In this document: one piece after another, positions 31,116 through 41,041 of the stretch
Numbering within the stretch: position 1 is the first letter of the stretch
Layout of the letters: each line of letters starts with the position of its first letter
Origin: an uncultured Chloroflexia bacterium
GTDB taxonomy: Bacteria; Chloroflexota; Anaerolineae; CG2-30-64-16
Direction of reading: 5' to 3'
Assembly (NCBI GenBank): GCA_963810095.1
Contig: CAWEMM010000009.1
Span: 160,001-224,000 of the forward strand
DNA: 64,000 nt
Notes under the pieces: generated by a model
Told to the model about the DNA's origin: nothing
Databases searched by the model: none
The model's input: only the letters and a program-made list of their open reading frames with translations
Position numbers and translations under genes: made by a program

Positions 31116-31266
31116 AGCTATCTCGGTCCTTTGGGTTCGATTGCACGCCCGCAGTTGCCCGCGCCGTGGTGCTGCTGGGAGAGGGATCCAACGTGCAGGC
31201 CCAGTATACCCGAACCCCGCCAAACCGAGAACTTCGCCCGGCTTCTCGCCGAGCGACTGCTACACA

Positions 31267-31413
31267 CTACATGGGGCGCGACACCACCCGCCGCCAAGAC
31301 CGTCGCCGTCCTGCGGTGAAGGTCCGGCCCCCCATCAGGATTGCCATGGCTATGGCAATGATAATGCCTAACACCAGCACGCCGCTCTCCGCGGCTGAGC
31401 CTTCGCTTTTCAC
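31267..31413 (-). CDS. Putative 48-aa single-TM small protein absent from the ORF track (MKSEGSAAESGVLVLGIIIAIAMAILMGGRTFTAGRRRSWRRVVSRPM)
   Basis: GGGAGG RBS 6 nt before GTG at 31413; clean hydrophobic helix. Confidence 0.5.
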   Translation of the reverse strand: MKSEGSAAESGVLVLGIIIAIAMAILMGGRTFTAGRRRSWRRVVSRPM

Positions 31414-31549
31414 TGTCCGCCTCCCGGTTACGCGATCGCGGTGCGTGCGACCGTGACCTGCGCCGCAGCCGAAGCCCGCGCAAACTCAACTTCTTCTGAT
31501 TATAGTCTTGTTTGTCACTCTTCTTCCGGAGGATCGCTTCCCAAGGAAC

Positions 31550-31584
31550 AAAAGGCCCCGCCGGTCGCAGTGACCGGCGGGGCC
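31550..31584 (-). terminator. Rho-independent terminator after the ABC1 kinase
   Basis: GGCCCCGCCGGTC...GACCGGCGGGGCC followed by TTTT on the minus strand. Confidence 0.7.
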
Positions 31585-31608
31585 GCTCGGCCCGGGCACC
31601 CTTGCCTG

Positions 31609-33345
31609 TTAGTCTTCGTTCGGATTCCGCCCCCGGATCCAACGCCAGAGCAGGCGCAGCACGATCAGCCCGGCCGCGAGCGATGCGAAAACGTAGCTGA
31701 CCACTGCGATTCGCACGATGAGCGTCCAGAACGACCCTTCCATGCTGCCCACCGCGATACCGGCCGTCACGATAGCAGAGCCGATGACCAGGCCGACCAG
31801 CATCATGGCAATGACGGCGAGCCGGCCGAACCGGTTAAGGGTGACGACCTCTTTCGAGATGGCCGACGTGTCGACGTAGACTTCAAAACGTCCCTTCTTG
31901 TACTGCGTCAGCCAGCCCATCGTGGCTTCGCTCAGGCTGGGCAGGTTGCTGCTCACCTCTCGGGCCACCATATTGAGGGCCTGCTTGGCCACCTTGTTGA
32001 TGTTGTCCGACGAGATCAGCTTTAGCGCTTCTTCCTGCGCGACCTGGATGCCCTGTTCGAGCAGGCCGCCTCCGGGGAAGAGCAGGGTGGTGATGGCTTG
32101 CGCTTGCATGAGCGCCTTGATCGCCAGGGTCAGGTTCGGGTCGAGTCGCAACCCATGCCGGCGCAGGACATCCATCCCCGTGTTGAGGGATTGCGCAAAG
32201 TCCATCGTCCCTGCGCCCTTCATGTACGGGCCCAGAGACCGCTGGAAGTCTTTGTTGTACCCCGCCTCGTCGAGATTAGCCTGGAACGGCACACTCAGGC
32301 TCTTGAGGACTGCGGCGGAGGACTCGACGTCCCGATTTTGCAGTGCCAGAAGCAGCTGAACGAAATTGAGGCGCTGTGCCACTGTGATCTCGCCAACCAT
32401 GCCCGTGTCGATGAATGTCACGTCCCCCGTTGTCGTGTTCACGAGGATGTTGCCGGGATGCGGATCGGCATGGAAGAAGCCGTCGATCATCAGCATCTTC
32501 ACCATCGCACGCAGCGTGTTCGTGGCCAGCATCTCGCGGTTAATCCCTGCGGCGTCGATGGCTTCCAGATTGCTGATCTTGACCCCGCGCACGAATTCCA
32601 TGGTCAGCACCCGGCTCGTGGAGTAGTCGGGGAATGTCTTGCAGATGTGGATGCCCGGGCAGCCGGCCAGGTTTTCCGCCAAGCGCATGGCGTTGTAGGC
32701 CTCGCCGACATAATTCAACTCGAGAAGCGCATTGCTGCCGAACTCGTCGACCATGCCCGCCAGGTCGAACGCCTGCATGCTCCGGATGCGCCGGGTAAAG
32801 ACCCGCGAGGCGTTCGACAGGATGCCAATGTCGGCCTTCATCTGCCTGCGGATGCCGGGGCGCTGGAGCTTGACGACGACTTCGGTGCCGTCATGCAGCA
32901 CCGCGCGGTGCACCTGGGCGGTGGAAGCGGCAGCCAGCGGCCTGATGCTGAATTCGGCGAAGAGGTCTTCGGGCGCGCCGTTTAGCTCCTCCATGAGGAT
33001 TTGGCGCACCTCGTCTTCCCCGAAGGGCGGCACGTTACTCTGGAGCTTCTCCAGCTCGACCTGCCATTCTGAGGGGAGGGTCGATGCCTGGCTGGAAACG
33101 ATCTGCCCGATTTTGACGTAGGTCGGGCCGAGCTCCTCCATCATCAGGCGGATCTTGGTGGGAAGTTCCGGGACTTCAAGGTCCTTGGGCAAGTCCCACA
33201 CCCACGCCTGCATGCTCTGGCGCAGCGAGCCGAGGTAACCGGGCCGGTCGAGGATGATGTCGAAGCCGTAGCGCAGGAAGACGCTGTACACCTGCTGGAG
33301 CCGCAGGTTCTCGCGGAAGGAGTCCAATCCAGATGCTTGTTCCAT
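31609..33345 (-). CDS. ABC1/AarF/UbiB family atypical kinase
   Basis: EELGPTYVKIGQ, AAASTAQVHRA, VVVKLQRPG, FFHADPHPGN and IDTGMVG; two C-terminal TMs. Confidence 0.93.
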   Translation of the reverse strand: MEQASGLDSFRENLRLQQVYSVFLRYGFDIILDRPGYLGSLRQSMQAWVWDLPKDLEVPELPTKIRLMMEELGPTYVKIGQIVSSQASTLPSEWQVELEKLQSNVPPFGEDEVRQILMEELNGAPEDLFAEFSIRPLAAASTAQVHRAVLHDGTEVVVKLQRPGIRRQMKADIGILSNASRVFTRRIRSMQAFDLAGMVDEFGSNALLELNYVGEAYNAMRLAENLAGCPGIHICKTFPDYSTSRVLTMEFVRGVKISNLEAIDAAGINREMLATNTLRAMVKMLMIDGFFHADPHPGNILVNTTTGDVTFIDTGMVGEITVAQRLNFVQLLLALQNRDVESSAAVLKSLSVPFQANLDEAGYNKDFQRSLGPYMKGAGTMDFAQSLNTGMDVLRRHGLRLDPNLTLAIKALMQAQAITTLLFPGGGLLEQGIQVAQEEALKLISSDNINKVAKQALNMVAREVSSNLPSLSEATMGWLTQYKKGRFEVYVDTSAISKEVVTLNRFGRLAVIAMMLVGLVIGSAIVTAGIAVGSMEGSFWTLIVRIAVVSYVFASLAAGLIVLRLLWRWIRGRNPNED

Positions 33346-33350
33346 GGCGA

Positions 33351-33998
33351 TCAGGCCTCCGGCTCAGTGGCATTGGCTGCAAGCGTAGCCTTGTTGTCTT
33401 CTGCCGCGGGCGCAGCGTGCGCCACGGCGTCTGCGGTCTTCGTATTGAGGGCCGGCAGCGCTGCCGCCTCCGCATCGGTCTCGACTTCCAGCTCGCCCGG
33501 GCTGAGCTGCGACTTGCGCGCGATGCGTGCCGGCACGATGCGGGTCCGGTAAAACTGGCGGTCCTTGATCCGCTCGCGAATCTCCGGGTACTTCTCCGCG
33601 ACGATTGGCGGGTTGAGGCCCAGCAACGCCTCGAGGACGGCTGTCGCCAGCCCGAGCAGGAGGCCGCCCAGCAGCGCCGCGAAGAGCGTCTCAACCCGCA
33701 GCAGGTCGGGCAGCAGCCAGGACAGCAGGAACAGGATGATCGCGTTGATCACGGCCAACACCAAGCCGGCGGTGGCGAAGATGAACCGTAGGGTCAGGAA
33801 GGCGATGACCGGCTTGACGAATGCGTTAAGCACGCCAAGCACCAACGAGAGGATCAACCAGTCTAGCACCCGCCGGTCGACGAAGTAGACGTTGGGGAGG
33901 AGCAACACCGTAAACAGCAGCGACAGCATGTTCACGAGGATGCGCACGACAAACATGCGCGGGTTGAAGTTTTGTTTCCAAAGCCTTAATCGGTTCAT
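33351..33998 (-). CDS. Phage holin superfamily IV-like (DUF360/YvlD) membrane protein with C-terminal extension
   Basis: RILVN..SL, LGVLNAFVKPV..FLT....TAGL..AVINAIIL. GGAGG RBS. Confidence 0.75.
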   Translation of the reverse strand: MNRLRLWKQNFNPRMFVVRILVNMLSLLFTVLLLPNVYFVDRRVLDWLILSLVLGVLNAFVKPVIAFLTLRFIFATAGLVLAVINAIILFLLSWLLPDLLRVETLFAALLGGLLLGLATAVLEALLGLNPPIVAEKYPEIRERIKDRQFYRTRIVPARIARKSQLSPGELEVETDAEAAALPALNTKTADAVAHAAPAAEDNKATLAANATEPEA

Positions 33999-34301
33999 TC
34001 TTCCTCCTTGCAGAGGTGGGCAGGGCAGGGCGCATACGCCCAACCTGGGAGGAACGCGGTTGCCGTCTTGCCGCGACGCGACAGCCACCGCCTCGGCAAC
34101 GATTGCGGGCGCGCAAATCATACACCTGTTACGTTACGCGTGCCATCGTATGAAAATATAGTCTGCAAGCGCGGTGATGAGTGGGGCCTTGGGCCACGGC
34201 GGGCCGATCGGTAGTCCGCCCACTACATCCGAGCGTGACTTCGCGTATCTTTACCGCCGGACTGCTGACTGCGGCCCGCGGGAGAATGGAGGCGCAAGCA
34301 A

Positions 34302-35003
34302 ATGACGGTATCAGAAGTCGTACCGGGACTCTACCAGGTGGGATTGGGCATGGTAAATGCGTATTTGCTGCGGCAGAAAGACCAGCTCACGTTGGTTGAT
34401 ACCGGGGTGGCGGGCAGTGCCGCAAAGATTCTGGCGGCGGTGAACGAGTTGGGCGCGCGCCCGCAGGACCTCAAGCGCATCCTCGTTACGCATCTGCATG
34501 CCGATCACACGGGGAGTCTCGCGGAGTTGAAGCGCCAGACCGGGGCCACCGTCTACATGCATCCCGCGGACGCTGCGCTCGTGCGCCAGGGAGTGGCCAG
34601 CCGGCCAGCGCACCCCGCGCCCGGCCTCTTCAAGCGCATCGTCGTGCCGATCGCCATGCGCCGGCCCGCACGCATTGAGCCGGCCGAAGCGGACATGGAC
34701 CTGGCGGACGGCCAGGAGCTCGACATCGCAGACGGGCTCTGCGTCGTGTCGGCGCCCGGCCATGCGGCCGGCCAGGTCGTCTTCCTTTGGCCGAAAAACG
34801 GCGGGGTTCTCATCGCGGCGGACGCGGCGGCGAACTTCCGCGGCAAGCTGGACTATCCGATCCTGTTTGAGGATATGGCCGAGGGCGTGCGAAGCCTGCA
34901 AAAGCTGGCCGGGCTTGACTTCCAAGTGGCTGTGTTTGGCCACGGCCGCCCATCCGTCGGGCATGCGGCCGAGCGATTCCGGGCGAAGTGGGGGCCCGGC
35001 TAA
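34302..35003 (+). CDS. MBL-fold metallo-hydrolase
   Basis: LVDTG, THLHADHTG, PGHAAG, AAD and FGHG. Confidence 0.92.
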   Translation: MTVSEVVPGLYQVGLGMVNAYLLRQKDQLTLVDTGVAGSAAKILAAVNELGARPQDLKRILVTHLHADHTGSLAELKRQTGATVYMHPADAALVRQGVASRPAHPAPGLFKRIVVPIAMRRPARIEPAEADMDLADGQELDIADGLCVVSAPGHAAGQVVFLWPKNGGVLIAADAAANFRGKLDYPILFEDMAEGVRSLQKLAGLDFQVAVFGHGRPSVGHAAERFRAKWGPG

Positions 35004-35078
35004 TGCGCCGCACCCCCACTTCAAGGGGCAAAGCCCCGGACAGACTTCCTGATCGTCTGCGTCGTCGCGCCCCGGTGG

Positions 35079-36041
35079 CTAACGCGGGCGAACGGACGGT
35101 GCGCTCGTTGGGGCGGGCGCGGCAGCATCTTGCGCCGCGGCCGCCAGGCCGGCGAGCACTGCGATATTGACGAGCATGCACCACAAGCAGACGGCCGCAG
35201 CCACGTAGACGACCGCCAGGAAGGGGCTTGCGCCGCTCAGCATCATCACGCCGCCGACGAGCATCTCCAGCGCGAACGCCAGGGCGCCGACCCAAGCCGC
35301 CTTCCGGACGCCGTTGACACCGGCCGCGCGCACCGCCGTCACGATGAACGCGACGACCAGCAGCGCGGCGGCGACTGAGACGACGAGCCGCACCACCTGG
35401 GGCCACCCCGGCAGGTCGACGGGCAGGATGCGCCAGATGGGCCAGCTCAGGCAGCGCGTCAGCGAGCCCGCGCCCGCCACGAGGATGCCGCCCACATACA
35501 CGGCGTAAACCGTCGCCAGCGTTGCGATGCCCAGCGCGGCGAAGGACGATGAGGTCGAAAGCCGGTCGGGAAGCGCCGGGTTGTCGCGCCGCGCAAACGC
35601 AGCAGTCGTCGCGGTGGTCATCAGGGTCAGCACGATCAGCGCGGAGCCGAGATCCAGCGCGGCCACTCCCCGTGCGAGGCCGGTCAGCACCGCGAAGGCG
35701 CCGAATACCACGACGGCCAGGGTGAAGAAGATGGCGATCAGGGGCAGACGGGTGACGAGGAGGTCATGGCGGGCCCGGCGCCAGCCCACGACGGCCGCCG
35801 CAATGATCAACGGGGTTGTCAACGCGGCGATGAGCCGGTGGGTGTACTCGATAATCGAATGAATCTGCGGCGGCGGGATGGCCCGGCCGAAGCAGCCGGG
35901 CCAGTCAGGACAGGCGGCGCCCGACTCCGTCGCACAAACGACGGCGCCCATGGTGACGAGCAGGCCTGTGAATACGGTGGCCACGAGCAGCAAGTTGCGG
36001 TGTCCGCGAGTGATTCCTGAAGGGTTCGCTACGTTGCTCAC
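35079..36041 (-). CDS. COX15/CtaA (heme A synthase) family protein, divergent
   Basis: SGAACPDWPGCFG and IEYTHR motifs; 8 TMs; the other conserved histidines are absent. Confidence 0.8.
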   Translation of the reverse strand: MSNVANPSGITRGHRNLLLVATVFTGLLVTMGAVVCATESGAACPDWPGCFGRAIPPPQIHSIIEYTHRLIAALTTPLIIAAAVVGWRRARHDLLVTRLPLIAIFFTLAVVVFGAFAVLTGLARGVAALDLGSALIVLTLMTTATTAAFARRDNPALPDRLSTSSSFAALGIATLATVYAVYVGGILVAGAGSLTRCLSWPIWRILPVDLPGWPQVVRLVVSVAAALLVVAFIVTAVRAAGVNGVRKAAWVGALAFALEMLVGGVMMLSGASPFLAVVYVAAAVCLWCMLVNIAVLAGLAAAAQDAAAPAPTSAPSVRPR

Positions 36042-36120
36042 ACTCTTCTCCGTTCGTCTTCGAGGAGCAGGGTCAAAACGTCATTCCACGCATGCTTTCG
36101 ACAAGCAGTGGCTGCGGCCC

Positions 36121-38218
36121 TTATTCTATCACATTCGCGGCTATCTGCACGATCCGGCCGTCCCCCGTACCGATGAAGAGCAGACGATCCTGGGCAAATG
36201 TTGGGGAGAGTGCGAGTGCCGTGGGCACAACGCCGGTTCCGGCATCCATCTCGGCCCACGTCTGCCCCCCATCGCCCGAGTGGTACAGGTGGCCCCACGT
36301 ACTCCGCTGCTCGCCTTCGTAGCGCGCCCCGCTGGCCACCAGATAAACCTCACGCCGCGCTTCGTTTGGGCCGTATGCGATCTGCATCTGTGCTGCACCG
36401 GGATTGGCGCTGTCACCACCCGCCTGCAGCACCCGCTGCCACGTTTGCCCCGCATCGGCCGAGCGGTACAGGTCGCCCACGACGTCCCCGGCGAACATCA
36501 CACCCCACCGGCTGAACCCGGGCGCAAGGCTGAGCAGCCGCGGTCCGCCGGTGGAGGGAGCCGTCAACTCGCGCCAGTGCTCGCCCCGGTCGTTCGACAG
36601 TTGCACGCTTCCCCCGCCGGCTTTCATACCATAGACGGCCACCGTGCCGTCCTGCTCAAACTCCGGGGAGAGCGCGATCACGGGCGCGAGACTGGTGGGC
36701 AGCGTCTGCCATGTCACGCCTCCGTCGACGCTTCGCTGCAGTCCGTTCTCGTACACCGACGCGAAGGCGGTGCGGTCGCGGGCAAAGGCGGGCGAAAGCG
36801 CCAGGTCGTGCACGGCCATGTGCGGCAACCCTTTGCCCGCGGGCAGCCAGGTCGTGCCGCCGTCGGTAGACCTGAAGATGCCGTTGCCCCGGATCCCCGC
36901 CAGCAACGTGCGATCTTTCGCATACGCCGGCGACACCGCCAGTGCCGACACCCGTGCGCAAAGGGCGGGCAGCCCACTGCCGGCGGCGAGCCACTGCTTG
37001 CCGCCATCACGGGTGAACGCAAGCGGGCCGCTGTCCACCTGGTTGAAAACGTAACAGGTCGTGTCGGGGTAGGGCGCAGACCACGAAGCGAACAAGGTGT
37101 TGTCCTGCTGCCAGGCCGGCGAGGGAGCCACAACGTTCACGGGGGCAGCGGGCAGCGTCTTAATCGGCGCCGGCGCTTTGGCCGAGGTGACGAGGCGAGC
37201 CGCGGGCCAGGGTCGAATAGTCCCGCCGTCGACGAAGTAGAGCCGGTCGCCGGCGGGGTCGTACGCGGCCAGTTCACCCTTGACCGGTTGAGCGGCGACT
37301 GCAAGCAGGCGCATGTCTTTCGGATCGAAGATGCGGACGCTGCCCTCGGCGCTCTGGTACAGGCGCGCCCGTTTGGTGTCGAGCTGGAACGCGCCGCCCC
37401 CGCTCCAGCCTGTGCTCCGGTAGTCCGCCTTGCCGTCCCGCTCGGTCCAAATCGTGCCGATGCCGAAACGGTGCCAACCTTCGGCGTAGAAGTTGCCGCC
37501 CGCGGCCAGCCCGCTGAAGCCATCCGTTCCGACCCGGCTCGTCTCGGCTCCTTTTGCCAGGTCGTAGGCGACAACCGTGAAGCCCACCCACGGCGTGCAG
37601 GCATAGGATGTGAACTGCAGATAGACCAGCCGTCGTTCGGCGTCAAAGAAGGTGCGCTCGATGGGCAGTGGATCCGGGCGAAGCCATGCGGCAGCGGTCC
37701 TGGACCGGGACGTCGAAGCTCGTCGAGGCAAGCTCTTGCCCTGTATTCGGGTCGAGCACGTTCATGCGGTTTCCGGCGAAGACGAGCAGGTGCCCGGTTT
37801 GGACGTCGAACTGGGGCGCCGGAAGCGGCCTCCGGGACGCCGGAGCCACGCCCTTCACGTCGAGCGTGCGCAGCGTCTTTCCAGATCGGGAGTCGAGAAC
37901 CGCGACCTGGTCGGGGCCGGAGATCACGAACAGCCTGTTTCCTTTTGCGTCCAGGGCAAAGGGGTTGCTGTAGGCAAAGGATGCGAGGCTGCGCCCGTCC
38001 GTTGCCGAGAAGACGCCGATATGGTGCTCCTGGCCGTCGGCCAGCACGAGCGCGTACAGGCGCGCATCCGGGCCGTCGACGAGGAGGGGCAAGGCCAGCG
38101 TGGTGACGGGAACGCGGGCGGGCGCGCCTAAAGCGGCTGGAACCGGCGCGGCGGCCATGATGAGCAGCAGCAGCCAGGTCAGCGTGAACAGACCGGTCGG
38201 AAGATGTCCTCTAGCCAC
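36121..38218 (-). CDS. Secreted beta-propeller protein (YVTN-like N-terminal part, BNR/Asp-box C-terminal part); frameshift near 37680
   Basis: Signal peptide in ORF 37643..38491. Repeated S.DGG.TW and LALSP.FA.D motifs in ORF 36121..37731. Confidence 0.75.
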
Positions 38219-38336
38219 ACGCACCTCGTCCTCTTGACGCCGGCGGGCGCGCGCCGGTTTCGCCAGGATAAACCAGGACTGTAGTATAATCAGGTTCAGT
38301 CCTAACCGCCACGCGCTCCAAAGCAGGAGGCCACCC

Positions 38337-38984
38337 ATGTTCGTCAAAGACTTGATGACGCCCCACCCGATTACCATTACGCCTGAAAGCTCGATCACCG
38401 CGGCCGAGCGAGTGATGAAGGAAAACAACATCCGCCACCTGCCCGTGGTGAGCCCGGGCGGCGCGCTGATCGGCCTGATCACCCGCACCACGCTCGAACA
38501 GGTCCTGCCCTCAAAGCTGACGACACTTTCGGTCTACGAACTCCACTATCAACTAGACAAGATCAACGTGCGGCAGGCGATGCTGCGCCAGGTCGTCACC
38601 GTGGGCGAAGACGTGCCGATCGAGCAGGCGGCCCGGATGATGTGGGAGAAGAAGATCGGCTGTTTGCCGGTGATGCGCGGCAACACGCTCGTGGGCATCG
38701 TGACCGACATCGACCTCATGCGCACCATGTTCGACCTCCTCGGCGCCCGACAGCCGGGCGTGCGGCTGACCTTGAAGGTGCCGGGCAGGCCGGGCGAATT
38801 TGCGAAGGTCACCGGGGCGATCGCTGCGCAGCAGGGCGACATTATGGGGCTGGGCGTGCTGCCGACCGACGAGCCGCTGACGTGGTGGGTCGTAGCAAAA
38901 GTGCGCTTTGTGGAACAGGAGCGCCTGGTGCAGGCAGTACGGGCGATCGAAGAGGTGGAGATCGTCGACGTGCGGTCTGAGTAA
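38337..38984 (+). CDS. CBS-pair plus ACT domain protein (AcuB-like)
   Basis: MFVKDLMT.HPIT, IRHLPVV, KKIGCLPV and GIVTDID, then an ACT domain (GRPGEFAKV). Confidence 0.9.
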   Translation: MFVKDLMTPHPITITPESSITAAERVMKENNIRHLPVVSPGGALIGLITRTTLEQVLPSKLTTLSVYELHYQLDKINVRQAMLRQVVTVGEDVPIEQAARMMWEKKIGCLPVMRGNTLVGIVTDIDLMRTMFDLLGARQPGVRLTLKVPGRPGEFAKVTGAIAAQQGDIMGLGVLPTDEPLTWWVVAKVRFVEQERLVQAVRAIEEVEIVDVRSE

Positions 38985-39003
38985 CGGAGACTGGCAGGCA
39001 AGT

Positions 39004-39032
39004 AAGGGCCTCCGAATTCGGGGGCCCTTTTT
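39004..39032 (+). terminator. Rho-independent terminator
   Basis: AAGGGCCTCCGA-at-TCGGGGGCCCTTTTT. Confidence 0.7.
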
Positions 39033-39053
39033 GTTCTGCACTGGGTTGGGGTG

Positions 39054-39521
39054 CTATTGCCCTGGGACCTCGGGCGCCTCGCCCATCAATCCCTCCGCGA
39101 TCTGGGCCGCAGCGGCAACAAATGCGGGGCAGAGCGTCGTGAACACTTTGCGCGCCCGGGCATCGGCCAGCCCTTCGGGCGTGCGTTGGTCGGCCTGAAT
39201 CAGGTCACGACAGTGCAGGCTGCCGGTCTTCTCTTCGAAGCGGCGCACGAACTCGGCCGCGACCGCGTACGCCCGCTCCTTGGCCGCCTTATCCAGTCTT
39301 GCGTCCCCATAACGCAGACCAAGCGCCATCAGCGCACCCGATGCTGCGCCACACACCTCGCCCTGCCGGCCAATGCCGCCGCCAAACGGTGCGGCAAGGC
39401 GTAGGGCAGCGTCGAGCGGCAGGCCGAGTTCTTCGGCAAACGCGGACAGCGTTGACTGAGAGCAGTTGTAGCCCTCGCGAAAGCGGGCAAGGGCGATCTC
39501 CGCGGCGGATGACTCGGACAT
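39054..39521 (-). CDS. C_GCAxxG_C_C family putative redox protein
   Basis: YNCSQS, FGGGIG..GEVCGAASG, LHCRDL and TLCP. Confidence 0.9.
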   Translation of the reverse strand: MSESSAAEIALARFREGYNCSQSTLSAFAEELGLPLDAALRLAAPFGGGIGRQGEVCGAASGALMALGLRYGDARLDKAAKERAYAVAAEFVRRFEEKTGSLHCRDLIQADQRTPEGLADARARKVFTTLCPAFVAAAAQIAEGLMGEAPEVPGQ

Positions 39522-39564
39522 GGGTTGGATAAACTCCTGGCAGGTCGATCTGTGTGGGCCGGCC

Positions 39565-39834
39565 TCACTCAGGCCGGGTCGCTTCTTCCAGCATGATTAA
39601 ATAGCTCAGCGCCTCTTCCGCGTTCGTCCCGCACATCTCGGGCATCGGGCGCAGGTTGACGCACACTTGCGGGCGATCGGGCTGGCCGAAGAGCTTGCAC
39701 AGGTTGTCGGCGGTCAGTTGGACACATCGCACGCCGGCCGGCTTACCCTCGGGCATTCCTGGGATGGGTGAGGAAATCGATAGGGCGATGCAGCACGCCC
39801 CGCAGCCAACCCGGCACGCGAAGCCTTCGCTCAT
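39565..39834 (-). CDS. YkgJ/YeiW-like cysteine-cluster protein
   Basis: CRVGCGACCIA.SISSPIPGM..GKPAGVRCVQL...LC.LFG...RP.VC. Confidence 0.9.
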   Translation of the reverse strand: MSEGFACRVGCGACCIALSISSPIPGMPEGKPAGVRCVQLTADNLCKLFGQPDRPQVCVNLRPMPEMCGTNAEEALSYLIMLEEATRPE

Positions 39835-40835
39835 TCGTATTTCGCCAGCGTTTCGGCGAACCCGCGCACTGCCGCGCCGACGAGTGCGGCCCGGGGATGC
39901 ATGATCAAGTGCACCGGCACCTGCGCCAGGACGTCTTGAAAGCGCCCCTTATCGCGGAAAGACCGGACGAAAGACTCGTTGTTCACCAGCCGCGGCAGGA
40001 TGCGGGGTGGAATACCTCCGCCAATGAAGACGCCGCCTGTCGCCAGCACTTTCAGCGCCAGGTTCCCTGCTTCCGCAGCCAGGATGCAGACAAAAACGTC
40101 CAGCGTCATCTGGCACAACCTGCACGGCCGCTCGGTGTCCAGTCCTGCGTTGACGATGACGGGGGTCGGATCGACCGCCGCCGCGAGTTGCTCGGCCAGC
40201 CACCCGGGCTCCTCGGCTGCGCCGCTCGCCGCCAGGTAATCATAGATGTTGGGAATGCCGATGCCCGAACAGACACGTTCAAAGCTAACGTGGCCCAGCT
40301 TGCCCATCAGGTACCGGAGCAGGTCGATCTGCAGCTCGTCGCCCGGTGCGAAGCTGGCATGCCCGCCCTCCGATGGGTGTGACCTGTACCGCGTGCCATC
40401 CCACGTCAGGAACGCCTCGCCCAGGCCGGTGCCGGGTGCGATGACGGCGACCGCGCCGCGGGGCACGGCGAACCCGGGAATGAGCGTGCGGATATCGTCG
40501 TCGGCCAGGTGGGGCACAGCATTGGCAATGGCGTCCAGGTCATTCAGAAGGCGCGCACTGCGCACCCCCAGCGCCTGCGCCAGTTGTCGCTCGTCCATCA
40601 CCCAGGGCAGGTTGGTGATCTCGGCGCGGCCTTCGATCACCGGCCCGGCTACGCCAAAGACCGCGGATTCGACGGGCAGCTTGACCTCGTTGAGAAAAGA
40701 CAGGGCGATGTCTTCCAGGCTGTCATAGGCCGAGCTCGGGTAAGACTTTTCGACCAGCGGCCGGCGCGCGCCGGCGTCCGTCGAGAAGATGCCCAGCACC
40801 GTCTTTGTTCCGCCGATATCGCCCGCGAGGAGCAT
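39831..40835 (-). CDS. glk: Glucokinase
   Basis: LAGDIGGTK, GVAGPV, TNLPW, LLNDL, APGTGLGE, SEGGH and GGVFIGGGI. Confidence 0.93.
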   Translation of the reverse strand: MLLAGDIGGTKTVLGIFSTDAGARRPLVEKSYPSSAYDSLEDIALSFLNEVKLPVESAVFGVAGPVIEGRAEITNLPWVMDERQLAQALGVRSARLLNDLDAIANAVPHLADDDIRTLIPGFAVPRGAVAVIAPGTGLGEAFLTWDGTRYRSHPSEGGHASFAPGDELQIDLLRYLMGKLGHVSFERVCSGIGIPNIYDYLAASGAAEEPGWLAEQLAAAVDPTPVIVNAGLDTERPCRLCQMTLDVFVCILAAEAGNLALKVLATGGVFIGGGIPPRILPRLVNNESFVRSFRDKGRFQDVLAQVPVHLIMHPRAALVGAAVRGFAETLAKYE

Positions 40836-40932
40836 GGAGCCTCCTTGATAGGTGCAGAAAGTTGTCGATCCGGCCCCGATGGTACCACGATTGGGCCGGT
40901 CCGCAAACAAACTCCAGTTCCATCCCGGGCAG

Positions 40933-40973
40933 AAAAAGGGCCTGGCGCCAGGCTGCCCTGACTCCAGGCCCTT
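40933..40973 (-). terminator. Rho-independent terminator after the large Kelch protein
   Basis: AAGGGCCTGG...CCAGGCCCTT with a T-run on the minus strand. Confidence 0.6.
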
Positions 40974-41041
40974 GTCATCTTCGACTGCGGACGGCAGCAC
41001 CGGCATTCGATGCCGTCGCCCGCAGCACGGTTCTACGGTCG

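Noticed and set aside
33351-33998. Prophage suggested by the holin-like gene
   Set aside because: No endolysin, structural or integrase genes; this family is common in chromosomes.
35878-38106. 742-aa + strand ORF, and similar long ORFs such as 55527..57002, 16749..18176 and 10146..11339
   Set aside because: Antisense shadows of real minus-strand genes in high-GC DNA, with no recognisable motifs.
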